DNA of 64,000 nucleotides from Vicinamibacteria bacterium (lineage in GTDB: Bacteria > Acidobacteriota > Vicinamibacteria > Marinacidobacterales > Marinacidobacteraceae). The translations under genes and the position numbers were made by a program. This document shows, one piece after another, positions 9,521 to 20,993 of the stretch (the first letter of the stretch is position 1; each line of letters starts with the position of its first letter). The DNA lies in the NCBI GenBank assembly GCA_963555995.3, contig OY821641.1, positions 1-64,000 on the forward strand, written 5' to 3'. Below the pieces are notes generated by a model that made no database searches, was not told the DNA's origin, and was given only the letters and a program-made list of their open reading frames with translations.

Positions 9521-9909
9521 GAGTCGTCCTCGACTGCAACGTTCTCGTATCGGCCGCGCGAGTTGGAGGCGTGTGCGGCAAGGTCGTTGTTGAAACAGTC
9601 CGACACCACGAAATCGTCCTCTCGACTCCCATCATGGAGGAGTACGAGGCGGTTGCCGGCCGGCTCTCGCACCGCGGTTACCGCGACGCGCTCGTGCACA
9701 TCATCTCGGAGATCGAGCGAATAGGCGTTTTCGTTCAGCCGGCCGACGTCATGTTCGGCCTGCGCGACCCCGACGACGAGGTCTATCTGGCGACGGCGAC
9801 GGCTGGGGGTGCGGCTCTGATCACCGGAAACCGCAGGGACTTCACGGAGCGACGCTACGGGGCCGTGCTTGTCTTTTCTCCCAGAGCCTTCGTGGATCGC
9901 ATGAGCTGA
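9517..9909 (+). CDS. PIN-domain toxin
   Basis: MRVVLDCNVLVSA, LRDPDDEVYLATA, LITGNRRDF. Confidence 0.9.
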   Translation: MRVVLDCNVLVSAARVGGVCGKVVVETVRHHEIVLSTPIMEEYEAVAGRLSHRGYRDALVHIISEIERIGVFVQPADVMFGLRDPDDEVYLATATAGGAALITGNRRDFTERRYGAVLVFSPRAFVDRMS

Positions 9910-9922
9910 AGAGGCGGCATCG

Positions 9923-11605
9923 CTACTGCCGACGCAGGATTCCCGCGCCCTCGCGCACCACGACCACCTGGCCGAGCGCCGGGAGATTCCCCAGGCTTTC
10001 CTCGCGCTCGCCCGACCAGCGCACCACGACATCGAGGACCGTCTCGCCGTCCCCGGCCCCGAGGTGCAGGCGCGGATCGTTCGACGACAGGAAACTCCCG
10101 CTCCGGTGCGCCTCGCGCATCCGGCGCACCCCGTCCGCGGTGGAGAACGCCACCCGGGCCCCGCTCCCGTCGCGTGGCGCCCGGGTTCCCACGAGGTTCA
10201 GCGTGACCCCGCGCCCCTCACTCGCGTTCCGGAACAGCGCCGCTTCCTCATCTATGTTCACGACCACCAGATCGGGTAGCGCGTCGCCGTCGAGGTCCCC
10301 GAAGGCGACGCCCCGGCTCGACCGCTCCGGCCCGTCCCACGTTTCTTCGAAAAACGTCCCGCCGCCCTGGTTCCGGAAGACCTGGTTCTTCATCAGATAG
10401 CGCGTGCCGCTCCCGGCGGCCTCGGCGTCCGGATAGACATGCCCGTTGGCGACGAAGAGATCAAGCCAGCCGTCCGCGTCGAGATCAATGAACCGGGTCC
10501 CCCAGCCGAGGTAGAACCAGCCCGGCATCCGCAGCTCGTTCCGGGTGGTGCTGTCCTCGAAGAACCCGCTTCCGGCGTTCCGGTAGGCCGTGTTCGTGTC
10601 GTGCGAGAAGTTCGTCACGAAGAGATCGAGCTGGCCGTCCTCGTCGAAGTCGCCGGCATCCACGCCCATGCCCGCCTGGGCGAGGCCGTCCACGTTGTAG
10701 GCGGTCCCGGAGAGCAGCGCCTGCTCGCTGAACCTTCCCTGGCCGTCGTTCACGAAGAGATGGTTCGGCACCGAGTCGTTGGCGACGTAGAAGTCGGTGT
10801 CCCCGTCCGTGTCCAGGTCTCCCGCCACCACGCCCAGTCCGTAACCGGCCTCGGCGGCGGCAATCCCCGATCCCGCGGTGAAGTCCTCGAACGTCCCGTC
10901 GCCCCGGTTGCGGAAGAACCCGTCTTCCGCCGGAATCAGCCCGGAGGGACCGCAGAAGACCGGCAGTCCGAACCAGACGCAGCTCGCCGCGGCGCCCGGC
11001 AACGGGAGAGATTCGATGGAGTCCGCGGTGTAGCCCAGCACCACCAGGTCCAGGTCGCCGTCGTTCTCGGCGTCGAGGAACGCGGCGGAGGTGGAGTAGC
11101 TGGGGTGCGAAGCGCCGCCGGCGGCGGGGACGCGCTCGAAGGTGCCGTCCCCCCGGTTTCGGTAGAGGACGTTTTCGCCCAGATTCGTGACGTAGAGGTC
11201 CGGGAAGCCGTCGTTGTCCACGTCCGCCGCCGCGACTCCGTACCCCCAGCCGGTGTCGCCGACGCCCGCGGCCTCGGTCTGGTCGGTGAACCGGAATCCC
11301 CCTTCGTTCCGGAAGAGCCGGTTCGGCAGTCCGGGACCGCGAGTCCGGTCTTCCAGCGGGGCGCCGTTGACGAGATAGAGGTCCAGGTCGCCGTCCTGGT
11401 CATAGTCGAGGAGGCCGGCGCCCGCCCCCAGGGACGAGACGATGAACCGCTTTTCCGGCTCGCCGCTCACATTCCGGTAGGTGATGCCGCTGGCTCCGGT
11501 CACTTCCTCGAGCCGGATCTGGCCGCCGGCCGGCCCGGGCAGGCTGAAGAGGACCACGAGCGCGGCGGGGATTCCCCGCCGCGCGCGGCGCTCTCCGAAC
11601 CTCAC
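9923..11605 (-). CDS. CRTAC1-family protein (FG-GAP/VCBS repeats + ASPIC/UnbV domain)
   Basis: Repeated DxDxDGxxD motifs, AGMGVDAGD, SSRGVAFGD, SFLSSNDPRLHLG; GTG start overlaps the upstream TGA. Confidence 0.9.
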   Translation of the reverse strand: MRFGERRARRGIPAALVVLFSLPGPAGGQIRLEEVTGASGITYRNVSGEPEKRFIVSSLGAGAGLLDYDQDGDLDLYLVNGAPLEDRTRGPGLPNRLFRNEGGFRFTDQTEAAGVGDTGWGYGVAAADVDNDGFPDLYVTNLGENVLYRNRGDGTFERVPAAGGASHPSYSTSAAFLDAENDGDLDLVVLGYTADSIESLPLPGAAASCVWFGLPVFCGPSGLIPAEDGFFRNRGDGTFEDFTAGSGIAAAEAGYGLGVVAGDLDTDGDTDFYVANDSVPNHLFVNDGQGRFSEQALLSGTAYNVDGLAQAGMGVDAGDFDEDGQLDLFVTNFSHDTNTAYRNAGSGFFEDSTTRNELRMPGWFYLGWGTRFIDLDADGWLDLFVANGHVYPDAEAAGSGTRYLMKNQVFRNQGGGTFFEETWDGPERSSRGVAFGDLDGDALPDLVVVNIDEEAALFRNASEGRGVTLNLVGTRAPRDGSGARVAFSTADGVRRMREAHRSGSFLSSNDPRLHLGAGDGETVLDVVVRWSGEREESLGNLPALGQVVVVREGAGILRRQ

Positions 11606-13131
11606 CGGTCTCGGCCGAGGCGCGTCGCCGCTTCGAGGAGTTCGGCGTTGTCCGGCCAGTCGGAGAGCGCGGCCTCGAGCACGCCGCGCGCTTCGTCCGG
11701 CCGTCCGGTCGCGGCCAGCGATTCGGCGTAGAGCAGATGGTGCACGGGTTCCGCGGTGGCCAGCGTCAGCAACCGGCCGGACTCCTCGACCGCGAGGCCG
11801 GGCGCGCCGCCGGCGATGAGATGCGCGATCAGCGCCATCTTGGGCTCGCGGGCGCCGGGATTCGCGTTGACCATCGCCTTCAGTTCGTTCGTCCGATCGG
11901 AGAACTGCCTGAGTTCGGCGAATCGCTGGAGGTGTCCGCGGCCCTTCTCCGCCTGGGCGGGATCGCCGCTGCGCACCAGCAGGTTCCCGAGGTGGAGGTG
12001 GGGTTCGGGCAGGGTCGGGGCGGCCGCGATGGCCGCTTCCAGCCGCCGGGCGGCTCCGTCCGGATCCTCCGCGGCCGCCAAAGCCTGTCCGAGCGTCGTC
12101 AAGCCGCCCGCGAACTGCTCCGGGTTCGGCGCGGTGCCCGCCTCCTCGACCGCCGGCGTCAGCACCGGGATCGCTTCGGCGCTCCGGCCGGCCTCGTGGA
12201 GCAGCAGGCCGAGGCGGAACCGGGCCCGGGAGTGGTGCGGGTCCAGCCGGATCGCCTCCCGGTAGGCGCGCTCCGCTTCCTCTTCCTGCTGGAGGTAGTG
12301 CAGTACGTCGCCGTTTGCGAACTGCGCTTCGGGATTCTCCGGGGCCGCGCGGGCGGCCTCGGCGCACGCCTCGCGGGCCTCCTCCAGCCGCTCTTCGCGC
12401 GACCGTAACAGGCAGATCTCGAACAGCGTTCCGGGATTGCCCGGCTGGAGCGCCAGCGCGGCTTCCAGGTGCGGAGCGGCGAGCTCGGACTGGCCGAATT
12501 CGGAATAGAGGGCGCCCAGATGGTGACGGGCCTCCCAGGAATCGGGGTCCGCCTGCGCGGCCTGCTGTAGCGCCGAAATACCCTCCGGCCTCCGCCCGGC
12601 CTGCACGAAGAGCACCCCGAGGGGCGCCAGCACCTCGGGCCGCCCCGGATACTCGCTCCGAAGTTCCTCCAACCTTCGGATCGCCTCCTCCCGTTCTCCC
12701 CTCCTGCCGAGCAGGACGGCCAGGTCCCGGCGCGCCTCGGGATGCCGGGGATCGAGCGCCAGGACGTCGCGCAGGGCGGCCTCGGCTTCGGGAAGCCGCC
12801 CGAGGGCGGTCAGCGCCCCCGCGCGGAGCAGCGGTCCCGTCGTGTTTTCCGGAACCAGCCGGCCGAACTCTTCGGCGAGGGCGGCGGCCTCCGGGAAATC
12901 GCCGAGCCGCAGCCGGGCGACGGCGAGCATCCAGACCGCCTGCGGATTCGTGGGATCGGCGCTCCGCGCCCGCTCGAGATGCGGGAGCGCTTCCTCGATG
13001 CGTCCCTCCTCGACCAGTTGCCGAGCGGTGACGAGAGGATCCGGCTGGGCGCCGGCGGTTGTGGCCAGAACGGAGAGGAGCAGCCAGGTGGCGGCGAGGT
13101 GGCGGCGGGGCGCGTCCCATCCGGTGGTCAT
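11602..13131 (-). CDS. Secreted tetratricopeptide repeat protein
   Basis: Signal peptide followed by many TPRs (e.g. EAERAYREAIRLDPHHSRARFRLG). Confidence 0.88.
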   Translation of the reverse strand: MTTGWDAPRRHLAATWLLLSVLATTAGAQPDPLVTARQLVEEGRIEEALPHLERARSADPTNPQAVWMLAVARLRLGDFPEAAALAEEFGRLVPENTTGPLLRAGALTALGRLPEAEAALRDVLALDPRHPEARRDLAVLLGRRGEREEAIRRLEELRSEYPGRPEVLAPLGVLFVQAGRRPEGISALQQAAQADPDSWEARHHLGALYSEFGQSELAAPHLEAALALQPGNPGTLFEICLLRSREERLEEAREACAEAARAAPENPEAQFANGDVLHYLQQEEEAERAYREAIRLDPHHSRARFRLGLLLHEAGRSAEAIPVLTPAVEEAGTAPNPEQFAGGLTTLGQALAAAEDPDGAARRLEAAIAAAPTLPEPHLHLGNLLVRSGDPAQAEKGRGHLQRFAELRQFSDRTNELKAMVNANPGAREPKMALIAHLIAGGAPGLAVEESGRLLTLATAEPVHHLLYAESLAATGRPDEARGVLEAALSDWPDNAELLEAATRLGRDR

Positions 13132-13230
13132 GGATTCAGGGGCCGAAGTATCGCAAGACCGCAGCGCGGGCGGCAGCGTCTCCCTTCCCGCTTTGCGCCC
13201 CGGTTTCGCGCGCACTACCATGAACCGGCA

Positions 13231-15426
13231 ATGATCCCGAGGTTCCCCGGAGTTTCGTCCCACCTTGCGGCGCTCCTCGTGGCCGGTCTCCTCGCGGCCG
13301 TTCCGGCAGCCGCCCAGGAAGAGCTGAGCGAAAGCGAAAAGGAAAAGGTCGCCGCTCTCCCGGAGCCGTGGCGCGTGTGGTTCGAGGAAGAGGTGCCCTA
13401 CCTCATCACCGATCGCGAGAAGCGGGTGTTCCTGAATCTGACCTCGGAAATGCAGCGCACCGCGTTTGCCGACGCCTTCTGGCGCAAACGGGACCACAAC
13501 CCCTCCACGCCGGAGAACGAGTTCAAGATCGAGCACTACGAACGGCTCGACTACGTGAACAACTGGTTCGGCCGCTCGACCTTCCGCGAGGGTTGGCAGA
13601 CCGACCGCGGCCGCTACTACATCCTGCTCGGGGCGCCCCGGTCCATCCAGAACTACGAAGCCCGCGACGAGATCTACCCGAGCGAACTCTGGTTCTACAA
13701 CAACTCGGAGCTCAAGCGGTTCGGACTCCCGGCCTTCTTCTACCTGCTCTTCTGGAGGCGTCACGGAGTCGGAGAATTGCAACTCTACGATCCCATCTCC
13801 GATGGACCGGCGGCGCTCCTGACCGGCTATCAGCCGGAACGCCAGGACTTTCGCGACGAGGTGGAGCGCGCCTACGAAATCCTCTACGAGTTCGACCCCG
13901 AGATCGCGAACGCGGCGATGTCCTTCCGCACCGACGAGCAGGACATCACCCGGTTCCAGGCGGTGCCGTTCGGCTCGCTGTCCTTGCTCGGGGACATTCA
14001 CGAAGTGCCGTTCCGGGGGCTGGACGACAGCTATGCCGACCGGCTCGACTTCGAGCGCGGCGCCATCGAGGCCGACTACCTGTTCACCTACGTGCCCGGG
14101 CACGGCGCGGTGGCGGTCCTTCCCGGGCCGGAGGACGCTTCCTTCCTGCACTGGGTGGTCCAGGTGGACGCCCAGTACACCGCCTTCATCCGCAACGAGG
14201 ATCGCGGTAGCTACGACACCTCGTTCATCGGCACCGTCGAAGCCGTGCTCCGCGACGACCCGGAACAGGTGGTGACCGAGTTCCGGAAGGAGTCCTTCGT
14301 CTCGCTGACGGACGAGCAGGCCCGCGGGACCCTGCAGCGCCCGTTCGCCTGGTCCGGCGTGCTGCCCCTGATTCCGGGGGACCACACGATCCGGATCGTG
14401 CTTCGGAACCGGGCGTGCGCCTCGCGGGACGAAGAGGACTGCGCGAAGAGCTACACGCTCGTGGAAACGGATGTCAGCGTGCCTCCCCGCGACGGCGCCC
14501 CGCGCCTCAGCGACCTAGTCCTCGGACGGCGCATCGAGGCCGGCCGGGCGCAGTACCGCCCCTTCCGCATCGGCTCCTCCGGGGTGGCGCCGAACCCGCA
14601 GGCGGTGTACACGATCGGCGACAACTTCGTCGCCGCGGTGGCGCCGGAGAGCGCGCCCGACGGCGCGTCCGTCCGTTTCCGGATCGTGAGCCGCGAACCG
14701 CTCACCGACGGCGACGTCATGTACACGAGCGACCAGCCGGCGGAGCCCGACGCGGCGACCGGTCTCGTGGCCCTCGACTTCTCGCTCCTCGACATCGGGG
14801 CGGGCCGCTATGAACTCGAGGCGGAGTTGCTTGACCGCGCCGGAGGCACGCTGTCCTCACGCCGTGCGGAGTTCTCGGTGTCTCCCCGGGGGGACCTGCT
14901 CGAAGCGGGCTTCCACGGCACCATGCTTCCCTTCGGTCCGGAGAACCCCGGCTTCACCAGCCTCGCCATCGGCGAACAGTTGATGGCTCTGGAGCGCACG
15001 GAGGAGGCCCGACCGGTGATCGAGAGTGCGGTGGCGATGGCCCCCCGCCTCGGACGGGCGCGGGAGCTTCTCGCGAGCTTCGAAATCGCTGCGGGCAACC
15101 CGGCGAGGGTCGTGGAATTGCTCGAGCCCGTTTACGCGGAGGTCCAGGACCGTTACGGTCTGCTCCGGGTCCTCGGCGAGGCGTACTTCCACCTGGCCCG
15201 CTACGAGGAGGCCGAGGACCTGCTGGCGAGAGCCATCGTGCTGGAGAACCCGGACACCCGGAGCCTGAACCTGCTGGGGCTCGCCCGCTTCCAGGTCTCC
15301 GACTTCGAGGGGGCCCGCGAGGTGTTCCAGCGGTCGCTGGCGCTCGACGCGGAGCAGCCGCAGGTGGAAGAGGCCCTGACCCGGGTCACCGAAGCCGAAC
15401 GCGCCCAGCCGTCCCCCCGCCGCTGA
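13231..15426 (+). CDS. GWxTD domain-containing protein with C-terminal TPRs
   Basis: FWRKRD, ENEFKIEHYERL, EGWQTDRGRYYILLG; signal peptide; TPR tail. Confidence 0.9.
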   Translation: MIPRFPGVSSHLAALLVAGLLAAVPAAAQEELSESEKEKVAALPEPWRVWFEEEVPYLITDREKRVFLNLTSEMQRTAFADAFWRKRDHNPSTPENEFKIEHYERLDYVNNWFGRSTFREGWQTDRGRYYILLGAPRSIQNYEARDEIYPSELWFYNNSELKRFGLPAFFYLLFWRRHGVGELQLYDPISDGPAALLTGYQPERQDFRDEVERAYEILYEFDPEIANAAMSFRTDEQDITRFQAVPFGSLSLLGDIHEVPFRGLDDSYADRLDFERGAIEADYLFTYVPGHGAVAVLPGPEDASFLHWVVQVDAQYTAFIRNEDRGSYDTSFIGTVEAVLRDDPEQVVTEFRKESFVSLTDEQARGTLQRPFAWSGVLPLIPGDHTIRIVLRNRACASRDEEDCAKSYTLVETDVSVPPRDGAPRLSDLVLGRRIEAGRAQYRPFRIGSSGVAPNPQAVYTIGDNFVAAVAPESAPDGASVRFRIVSREPLTDGDVMYTSDQPAEPDAATGLVALDFSLLDIGAGRYELEAELLDRAGGTLSSRRAEFSVSPRGDLLEAGFHGTMLPFGPENPGFTSLAIGEQLMALERTEEARPVIESAVAMAPRLGRARELLASFEIAAGNPARVVELLEPVYAEVQDRYGLLRVLGEAYFHLARYEEAEDLLARAIVLENPDTRSLNLLGLARFQVSDFEGAREVFQRSLALDAEQPQVEEALTRVTEAERAQPSPRR

Positions 15427-15524
15427 AAGTGGCGGCGCGGGAGTTCGACGCCGCTCCCGGACGGCCCCGGTGTCGCGCTCGGACGGCCGGGCAACGCAGG
15501 GACCTTCCGGCGTAGGGATCGCGG

Positions 15525-18242
15525 ATGGCGGATCCGAACTCGGAGTCGGTGGCCGCGTCCGCCCTTTCCGCCGATCTCGGCGACGCGATCCGCACCCTCC
15601 GTGACCGGGGAGTCGTTTCGATCGTCGGCGAGCACATCACCTACCGCCTGGCCGGCCGGCCGCGGCGCTACCGGTGGAGCGATCCCGAGGAGCGGGTCCG
15701 CGCGAACACGCTCGCCTTCCTGATCGTGCGGCGCGGATATCCCGCGAACCGGATCAAGACGGAGGTCCCGGTTCCGCGGCGAACGCCGCACGACGTGGCG
15801 GACATCGTGGTCTTCAGCGATGACGCGTGCCGTTCCCCCTACCTCGTCGTGGAGACCAAGGCCGACGGCCAGACCAGCCGAGGGCACGATCAGGCCGTCG
15901 AGCAGGTCTTCGGCAACGCGAACTCGCTGCGGGCTGCGTTTGCCTTGTACGACAGTGGTTCACAGTCGCGCGTCTTCGACGTCGCGAACCATCCGCCCAC
16001 GGAGCGCGTCGAGAACCGCCTGGGAGATCGTGAAGCCGTCCCGCATCAGTACGACGAGCTTCCCGAGTATGCGTTGATCGCCCACAGCGCGAGCGACATC
16101 AAGGCCGTCCCGGCGGCAGAACTCTCGAACGCAATCCGGCGGGCGCATTCCCTCATCTGGGCCGGCGGGAAGCGCGATCCGCTGCGGGCGTTCGATGAGT
16201 GGAGCAAGCTCCTCTTCGTCAAGGTCCTGGATGAGCGCGCGACTCCGACGGACAACCCGCGCCGCTTCCAGGCCGGACGGAACGAGACCGCGGCCACCGT
16301 CGCGACTCGGGTCCATGCGCTGTTCGCCCAGGCCATCCAGCGCGACCCCAGCGTCTTTCCGCCTTCCGCGCGGATCGAACTGCACGACGACAAGGTGTAC
16401 GGCGTCGTCCGCCTGTTGCAGGGGATCGCGTTCACGCACACGGACATTGACGCCATCGGGGTTGCCTTCGAGACCTTCTTCGGCTCCGTGTTTCGCGGCG
16501 AGCTGGGCCAGTACTTCACGATGCGGCCGCTCGCGCGATTCATCGTGGCGATGCTCGACATTCCGCCGGGGCACGCCGTCCTGGATCCGACCGCCGGCAG
16601 CGGCGGCTTCCTGCTGGAGACGCTGATGCAGGGATGGCGGCGTATCGAACAGGACTACCGCGGTTCGTCGGACTCGGAGGTCGCGTTTCTCAAGGCTGAT
16701 TTCGCCCACCGTCAACTGTTCGGCATCGAGATCCACGAAACGCTCGCGCGCATCTGCCGGATCAATCTGCTGCTCCATCACGATGGACACGCGAACATCG
16801 AGGGCGATCGGAGCTGTCTCGACACGAGCTTCGGCCTGGCGGGGTTGGCCGACTGGCGCGGCCGCTTCGCCTGCGTCGTCGGGAACCCGCCCTTCGGAGA
16901 ACAGGTGAAGCGGGGAGATCGGGACACGCTCGGCGATGCGAGCCTGGAAGACTTCGAGATCGCCCGGGGAAGACGGGAGGCGCCTTCCGAGCATGTGATC
17001 GTCGAACGCTCCTGCGATTTCCTGCGAGCGGGCGGGTGTTTCGGACTCATCCTGCCGGACGGCATGTTCAACAATCAGGGTGAACTCTCGAACTGCCCCC
17101 AGGCTCGTCGCCTGCTGTCCCGAGTGGGCCGGATTCTGGCGATCGTCTCGCTTCCGGACCACGCTTTCCGGCCCGCTGGCGCGCAGAACAAGACCTCGAT
17201 CCTGTTCTTCCAGAAGTTCACCGAAGACGAGGCGGAGGGCTTCGGGGCGAAGTACCGGCAAGCCCTCGACGAAGGCCGCACCGAGGACGAGGCGATTCTC
17301 GCGGGTCACGCGGGCGACGGGCGCTGGGTCTTCCTGGCCGAGGCCGACAGCGTCGGGTATTCGCCGAGCGGCACGGCCGCGGCGGCGAACGATTTGTATG
17401 CCTGCGAGCCCGAGAGCACCCATCTTCGGCCCCACGCCGAAGGCACGATTCTCGCCGGCTACCGTGCGTTTCTGGCCGATCCGGCGGATTACGCCCCCAC
17501 CACCCGTCCCCGCACGATGGCGATCCCGCTGACGAAGCTGCTGCGCGCCCATCCGAGCGGCCGGATTGATCCCAAGTACCACCTGTTCAAGGAAGCGGAG
17601 AGCCGACACGTTCCGGCGGGCTGGATCACCCGGCGCATCGGGGAAACGATGGGGCGCCGCCTCGACGAGGCGCACCCGGAGCGCCGGCCCGACGAGCGGG
17701 TGACCGTGCTCACGATTTCCCAGACGGGCGAACTCAGCCGGCGGGAGCCGGGCAAGGGGAGGAATCCGCCGGAATGGCTGGGGATGTACTTCGAGGACTC
17801 TCCCTCCCGGTGGTACGCCGCCCGCGCCGGCGACGTCGTGTTCTCTTCGATTGACCTCTGGAAAGGATGCATCGCGGTGGTGCCTCCCGAACTCGACGGC
17901 GCGCTGGTAACGCGGGAGTTCCCGATCTACGAGGTCACGGACGAACGGCTGTCCCCCGATTTCCTGTCCGCCATGCTGCGAAGCCGCTACTACCAGCGCG
18001 CCTTTCGGGCGATCACCACCGGACACAGCAACCGCCGCCGCACGCAGACCGGCGATTTCGAGGACCTGGAGATCGCCTTCCCCCCGGAGCCCCGCGAACA
18101 GCAGCGACTGCTCGAGGCGATGCAGCGCGCCCGGAGGGAGGCCCAGTCGGGCCGAAAAGCACTTGTCGCCGCCGCCCGCGGCTTCGACACGATCATCGAA
18201 GGAAGCAGCGAGGGCGAGCCGGCGGATCGGTCGTCCGTGTAG
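15525..18242 (+). CDS. Single-chain restriction-modification protein (HsdR-N-like nuclease + N6-adenine MTase + TRD), type IIG-like
   Basis: PEERVRA...ADIVVF...VVETK nuclease motif; GQYFT; VLDPTAGSGGFL motif I; GNPPF motif IV; HsdS-like C-terminus. Confidence 0.85.
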   Translation: MADPNSESVAASALSADLGDAIRTLRDRGVVSIVGEHITYRLAGRPRRYRWSDPEERVRANTLAFLIVRRGYPANRIKTEVPVPRRTPHDVADIVVFSDDACRSPYLVVETKADGQTSRGHDQAVEQVFGNANSLRAAFALYDSGSQSRVFDVANHPPTERVENRLGDREAVPHQYDELPEYALIAHSASDIKAVPAAELSNAIRRAHSLIWAGGKRDPLRAFDEWSKLLFVKVLDERATPTDNPRRFQAGRNETAATVATRVHALFAQAIQRDPSVFPPSARIELHDDKVYGVVRLLQGIAFTHTDIDAIGVAFETFFGSVFRGELGQYFTMRPLARFIVAMLDIPPGHAVLDPTAGSGGFLLETLMQGWRRIEQDYRGSSDSEVAFLKADFAHRQLFGIEIHETLARICRINLLLHHDGHANIEGDRSCLDTSFGLAGLADWRGRFACVVGNPPFGEQVKRGDRDTLGDASLEDFEIARGRREAPSEHVIVERSCDFLRAGGCFGLILPDGMFNNQGELSNCPQARRLLSRVGRILAIVSLPDHAFRPAGAQNKTSILFFQKFTEDEAEGFGAKYRQALDEGRTEDEAILAGHAGDGRWVFLAEADSVGYSPSGTAAAANDLYACEPESTHLRPHAEGTILAGYRAFLADPADYAPTTRPRTMAIPLTKLLRAHPSGRIDPKYHLFKEAESRHVPAGWITRRIGETMGRRLDEAHPERRPDERVTVLTISQTGELSRREPGKGRNPPEWLGMYFEDSPSRWYAARAGDVVFSSIDLWKGCIAVVPPELDGALVTREFPIYEVTDERLSPDFLSAMLRSRYYQRAFRAITTGHSNRRRTQTGDFEDLEIAFPPEPREQQRLLEAMQRARREAQSGRKALVAAARGFDTIIEGSSEGEPADRSSV

Positions 18243-18279
18243 CTGTTACAGCGGCGCGTGCCGCCGCCATCTGGGCCGG

Positions 18280-18564
18280 CTACAGCGCCGACGCGATCCG
18301 TTCGACCTTGATCTCGTTGGTGCGGCGCATTGCCTGGGCCATGTCGTAGGCGGCCTGCAACCGGTACCAGGTTTCGGCGCCGCCACCGAAAGCCTTGTCC
18401 AATCGAATGGCCATCTCCGCCGAAATGCCGGCGCGGGTGTTGACGATGTCCGAGAGCTGTTTGCGGCTGACTCCGAGCCGCGTTGCGGCTTCGGTCACGG
18501 TAAGGCCGAGCGGCTCCAGGCAGTCATGGCGGACCGAAAGCCCGGGATGTGGCGGATTCTTCAT
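18280..18564 (-). CDS. higA: HigA-family antitoxin (orphan)
   Basis: MKNPPHPG...[22 protein letters not shown]...[14 protein letters not shown]...WYRLQAAYD. Confidence 0.92.
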   Translation of the reverse strand: MKNPPHPGLSVRHDCLEPLGLTVTEAATRLGVSRKQLSDIVNTRAGISAEMAIRLDKAFGGGAETWYRLQAAYDMAQAMRRTNEIKVERIASAL

Positions 18565-18596
18565 CGCCGGTTCCGTGGAATCCGGGCTATGGTGCG

Positions 18597-20130
18597 CTAC
18601 TCCGAACCGAGGGCGACGATCGGATCGAGCCGCGCCGCGCGGCGCGCCGGGCTCACGCCGGCGATCACGCCGGTGAGCAGCGCCACCACGAACGAGATCA
18701 GGCCGGCGACGACTGAGACCTCGACCGCGAGCCCGAAGGAGCTCTCGACCACCACGGCGGCGACCGCCCCGATCACGACGCCGAGGACGCCGCCGGCGGC
18801 GCCGAGGAGCACCGATTCGGTGAGGAACTGACTGCCGACGTCGCCGGTCTGCGCCCCCACCGCCATCCGCAGCCCGATCTCGCGGATCCGCTCGCGCACC
18901 GAGAGCAGCATGACGTTCGAGATCCCGATCGCGCCCACGATCAGCGAAACGAGCGCGATGGCGAGCAGCAGCGCCGACATCGTCCGGCTGGACCGCTCGA
19001 GGGTGGCCGCGAGCTGCCGCAGGGTGGTGCGTTCGAGGTTGGGAATGTTGCCGGCGAGCGTCTCGGCCACCTTCGGGTGAAGCCCCTTGCCGAGGACTTC
19101 CGACGCCTGGGTGGTGACGGTGAAGTCGTCGGCCTGGGTCTCGCCGATCCCGTGCCGCTCGCGGAGCAGATCGGTAATGCTCCGTGACACTTCGGTGACC
19201 CTCCCGGACGACGCCGCGGTCACGGTGATGGAGTTGAGGTTCGTGGCGTTGAGCAGTCGGTGGACCGTCGTGAACGGGGTGTACACCGCGTCGAACTCGT
19301 CGTCGCCGGGGGCGCCGGGATTCATCCAGTTGGTGCTCACCACGACGCCCACCACCTCGAAGGTCTGGTTCCAGATCGTGACGTCGCGCCCAACCGGATC
19401 CTCGTTCTGGCCGAAGAGCTGGTCCCGGGCGACGCTGCCGAGCACGACCACCTGGGAGGAGCGCCGCAGTTCGCCGGAACTGAAGAACCTTCCGTGCTGC
19501 ATCGCGAAGGAGCGGCGGATCTGCACGAGGTCCACGTCGGTCCCGTGGAGGCGCGTGAACCAGCGGCGGTCGCCGGCGAAGACCCGGACGCTCTCGTGGA
19601 TGCCCGAGGCCACGTGGGCGACTCCCGGCACCGACGCGATCGCCTCCGCGTCGTCGCTCGTCAGCGTGGCGGCGGCGCCGAGACCCGCGGCCGAATCCCC
19701 GAGGCGCTCCGCGGCGGTCGGGTGGTCGTGCTTCTCCATCGGGTCGTTTTCGGGATGCGCGAGCGCCACCGGCTCGATCTTGCGCAGCAGCCGCTCCAGC
19801 GCGCCCGGCGGCAGGGCCGCCCCGTGCCGGGTCGGCGCTTCGACGCCCCCGATCGGCCGTTCCCCGCGGGTCCGGTAGTTCCCGGCGGTGATCTCGATCA
19901 CGTTGAGGCCCGCGGCGCGCACCTGGTCCCGGATCGCCTCCTGCGCTCCGCGTCCGAGGGCGATGGTGGCCATCAGCGCGGCGACCCCGAACGCGAGGCC
20001 GAGCAGGGTGAGCGCGGTCCGGAGCGGATAGCGGCGAAGGCTCTGGAAGGCGGTCTCGAGCGCCGTACGCCGCTCGGCGGGCATTTCCCGCACCAGGCTC
20101 TGGATCTGTTCGCGGTTCAGGGGAATTCGC

Positions 20131-20138
<8 letters not shown>
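18597..20138 (-). CDS. MacB/FtsX-like ABC transporter permease
   Basis: [46 protein letters not shown]. Confidence 0.92.
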
Positions 20139-20856
<718 letters not shown>

Positions 20857-20967
20857 CTCCTCCGGAATGTCTTTGCTGGGGCCTCAGGGATTGTTCGCCC
20901 TCCCGAAGCAGCGGACCCGGCCCCCGTCCGGGGGCCGGGTCCGTGGGACAAGCGCAACGGCAGCTTC

Positions 20968-20993
20968 TCTAGTCCTCGTCTCTAGTCCTCGTC
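20968..20993. repeat. 13-bp tandem duplication covering the M20 gene stop codon
   Basis: TCTAGTCCTCGTC twice (20968-20980, 20981-20993). Confidence 0.85.

Noticed and set aside
15427-18596. Integrative element carrying the R-M gene
   Set aside because: No integrase, tRNA or flanking direct repeats were found.
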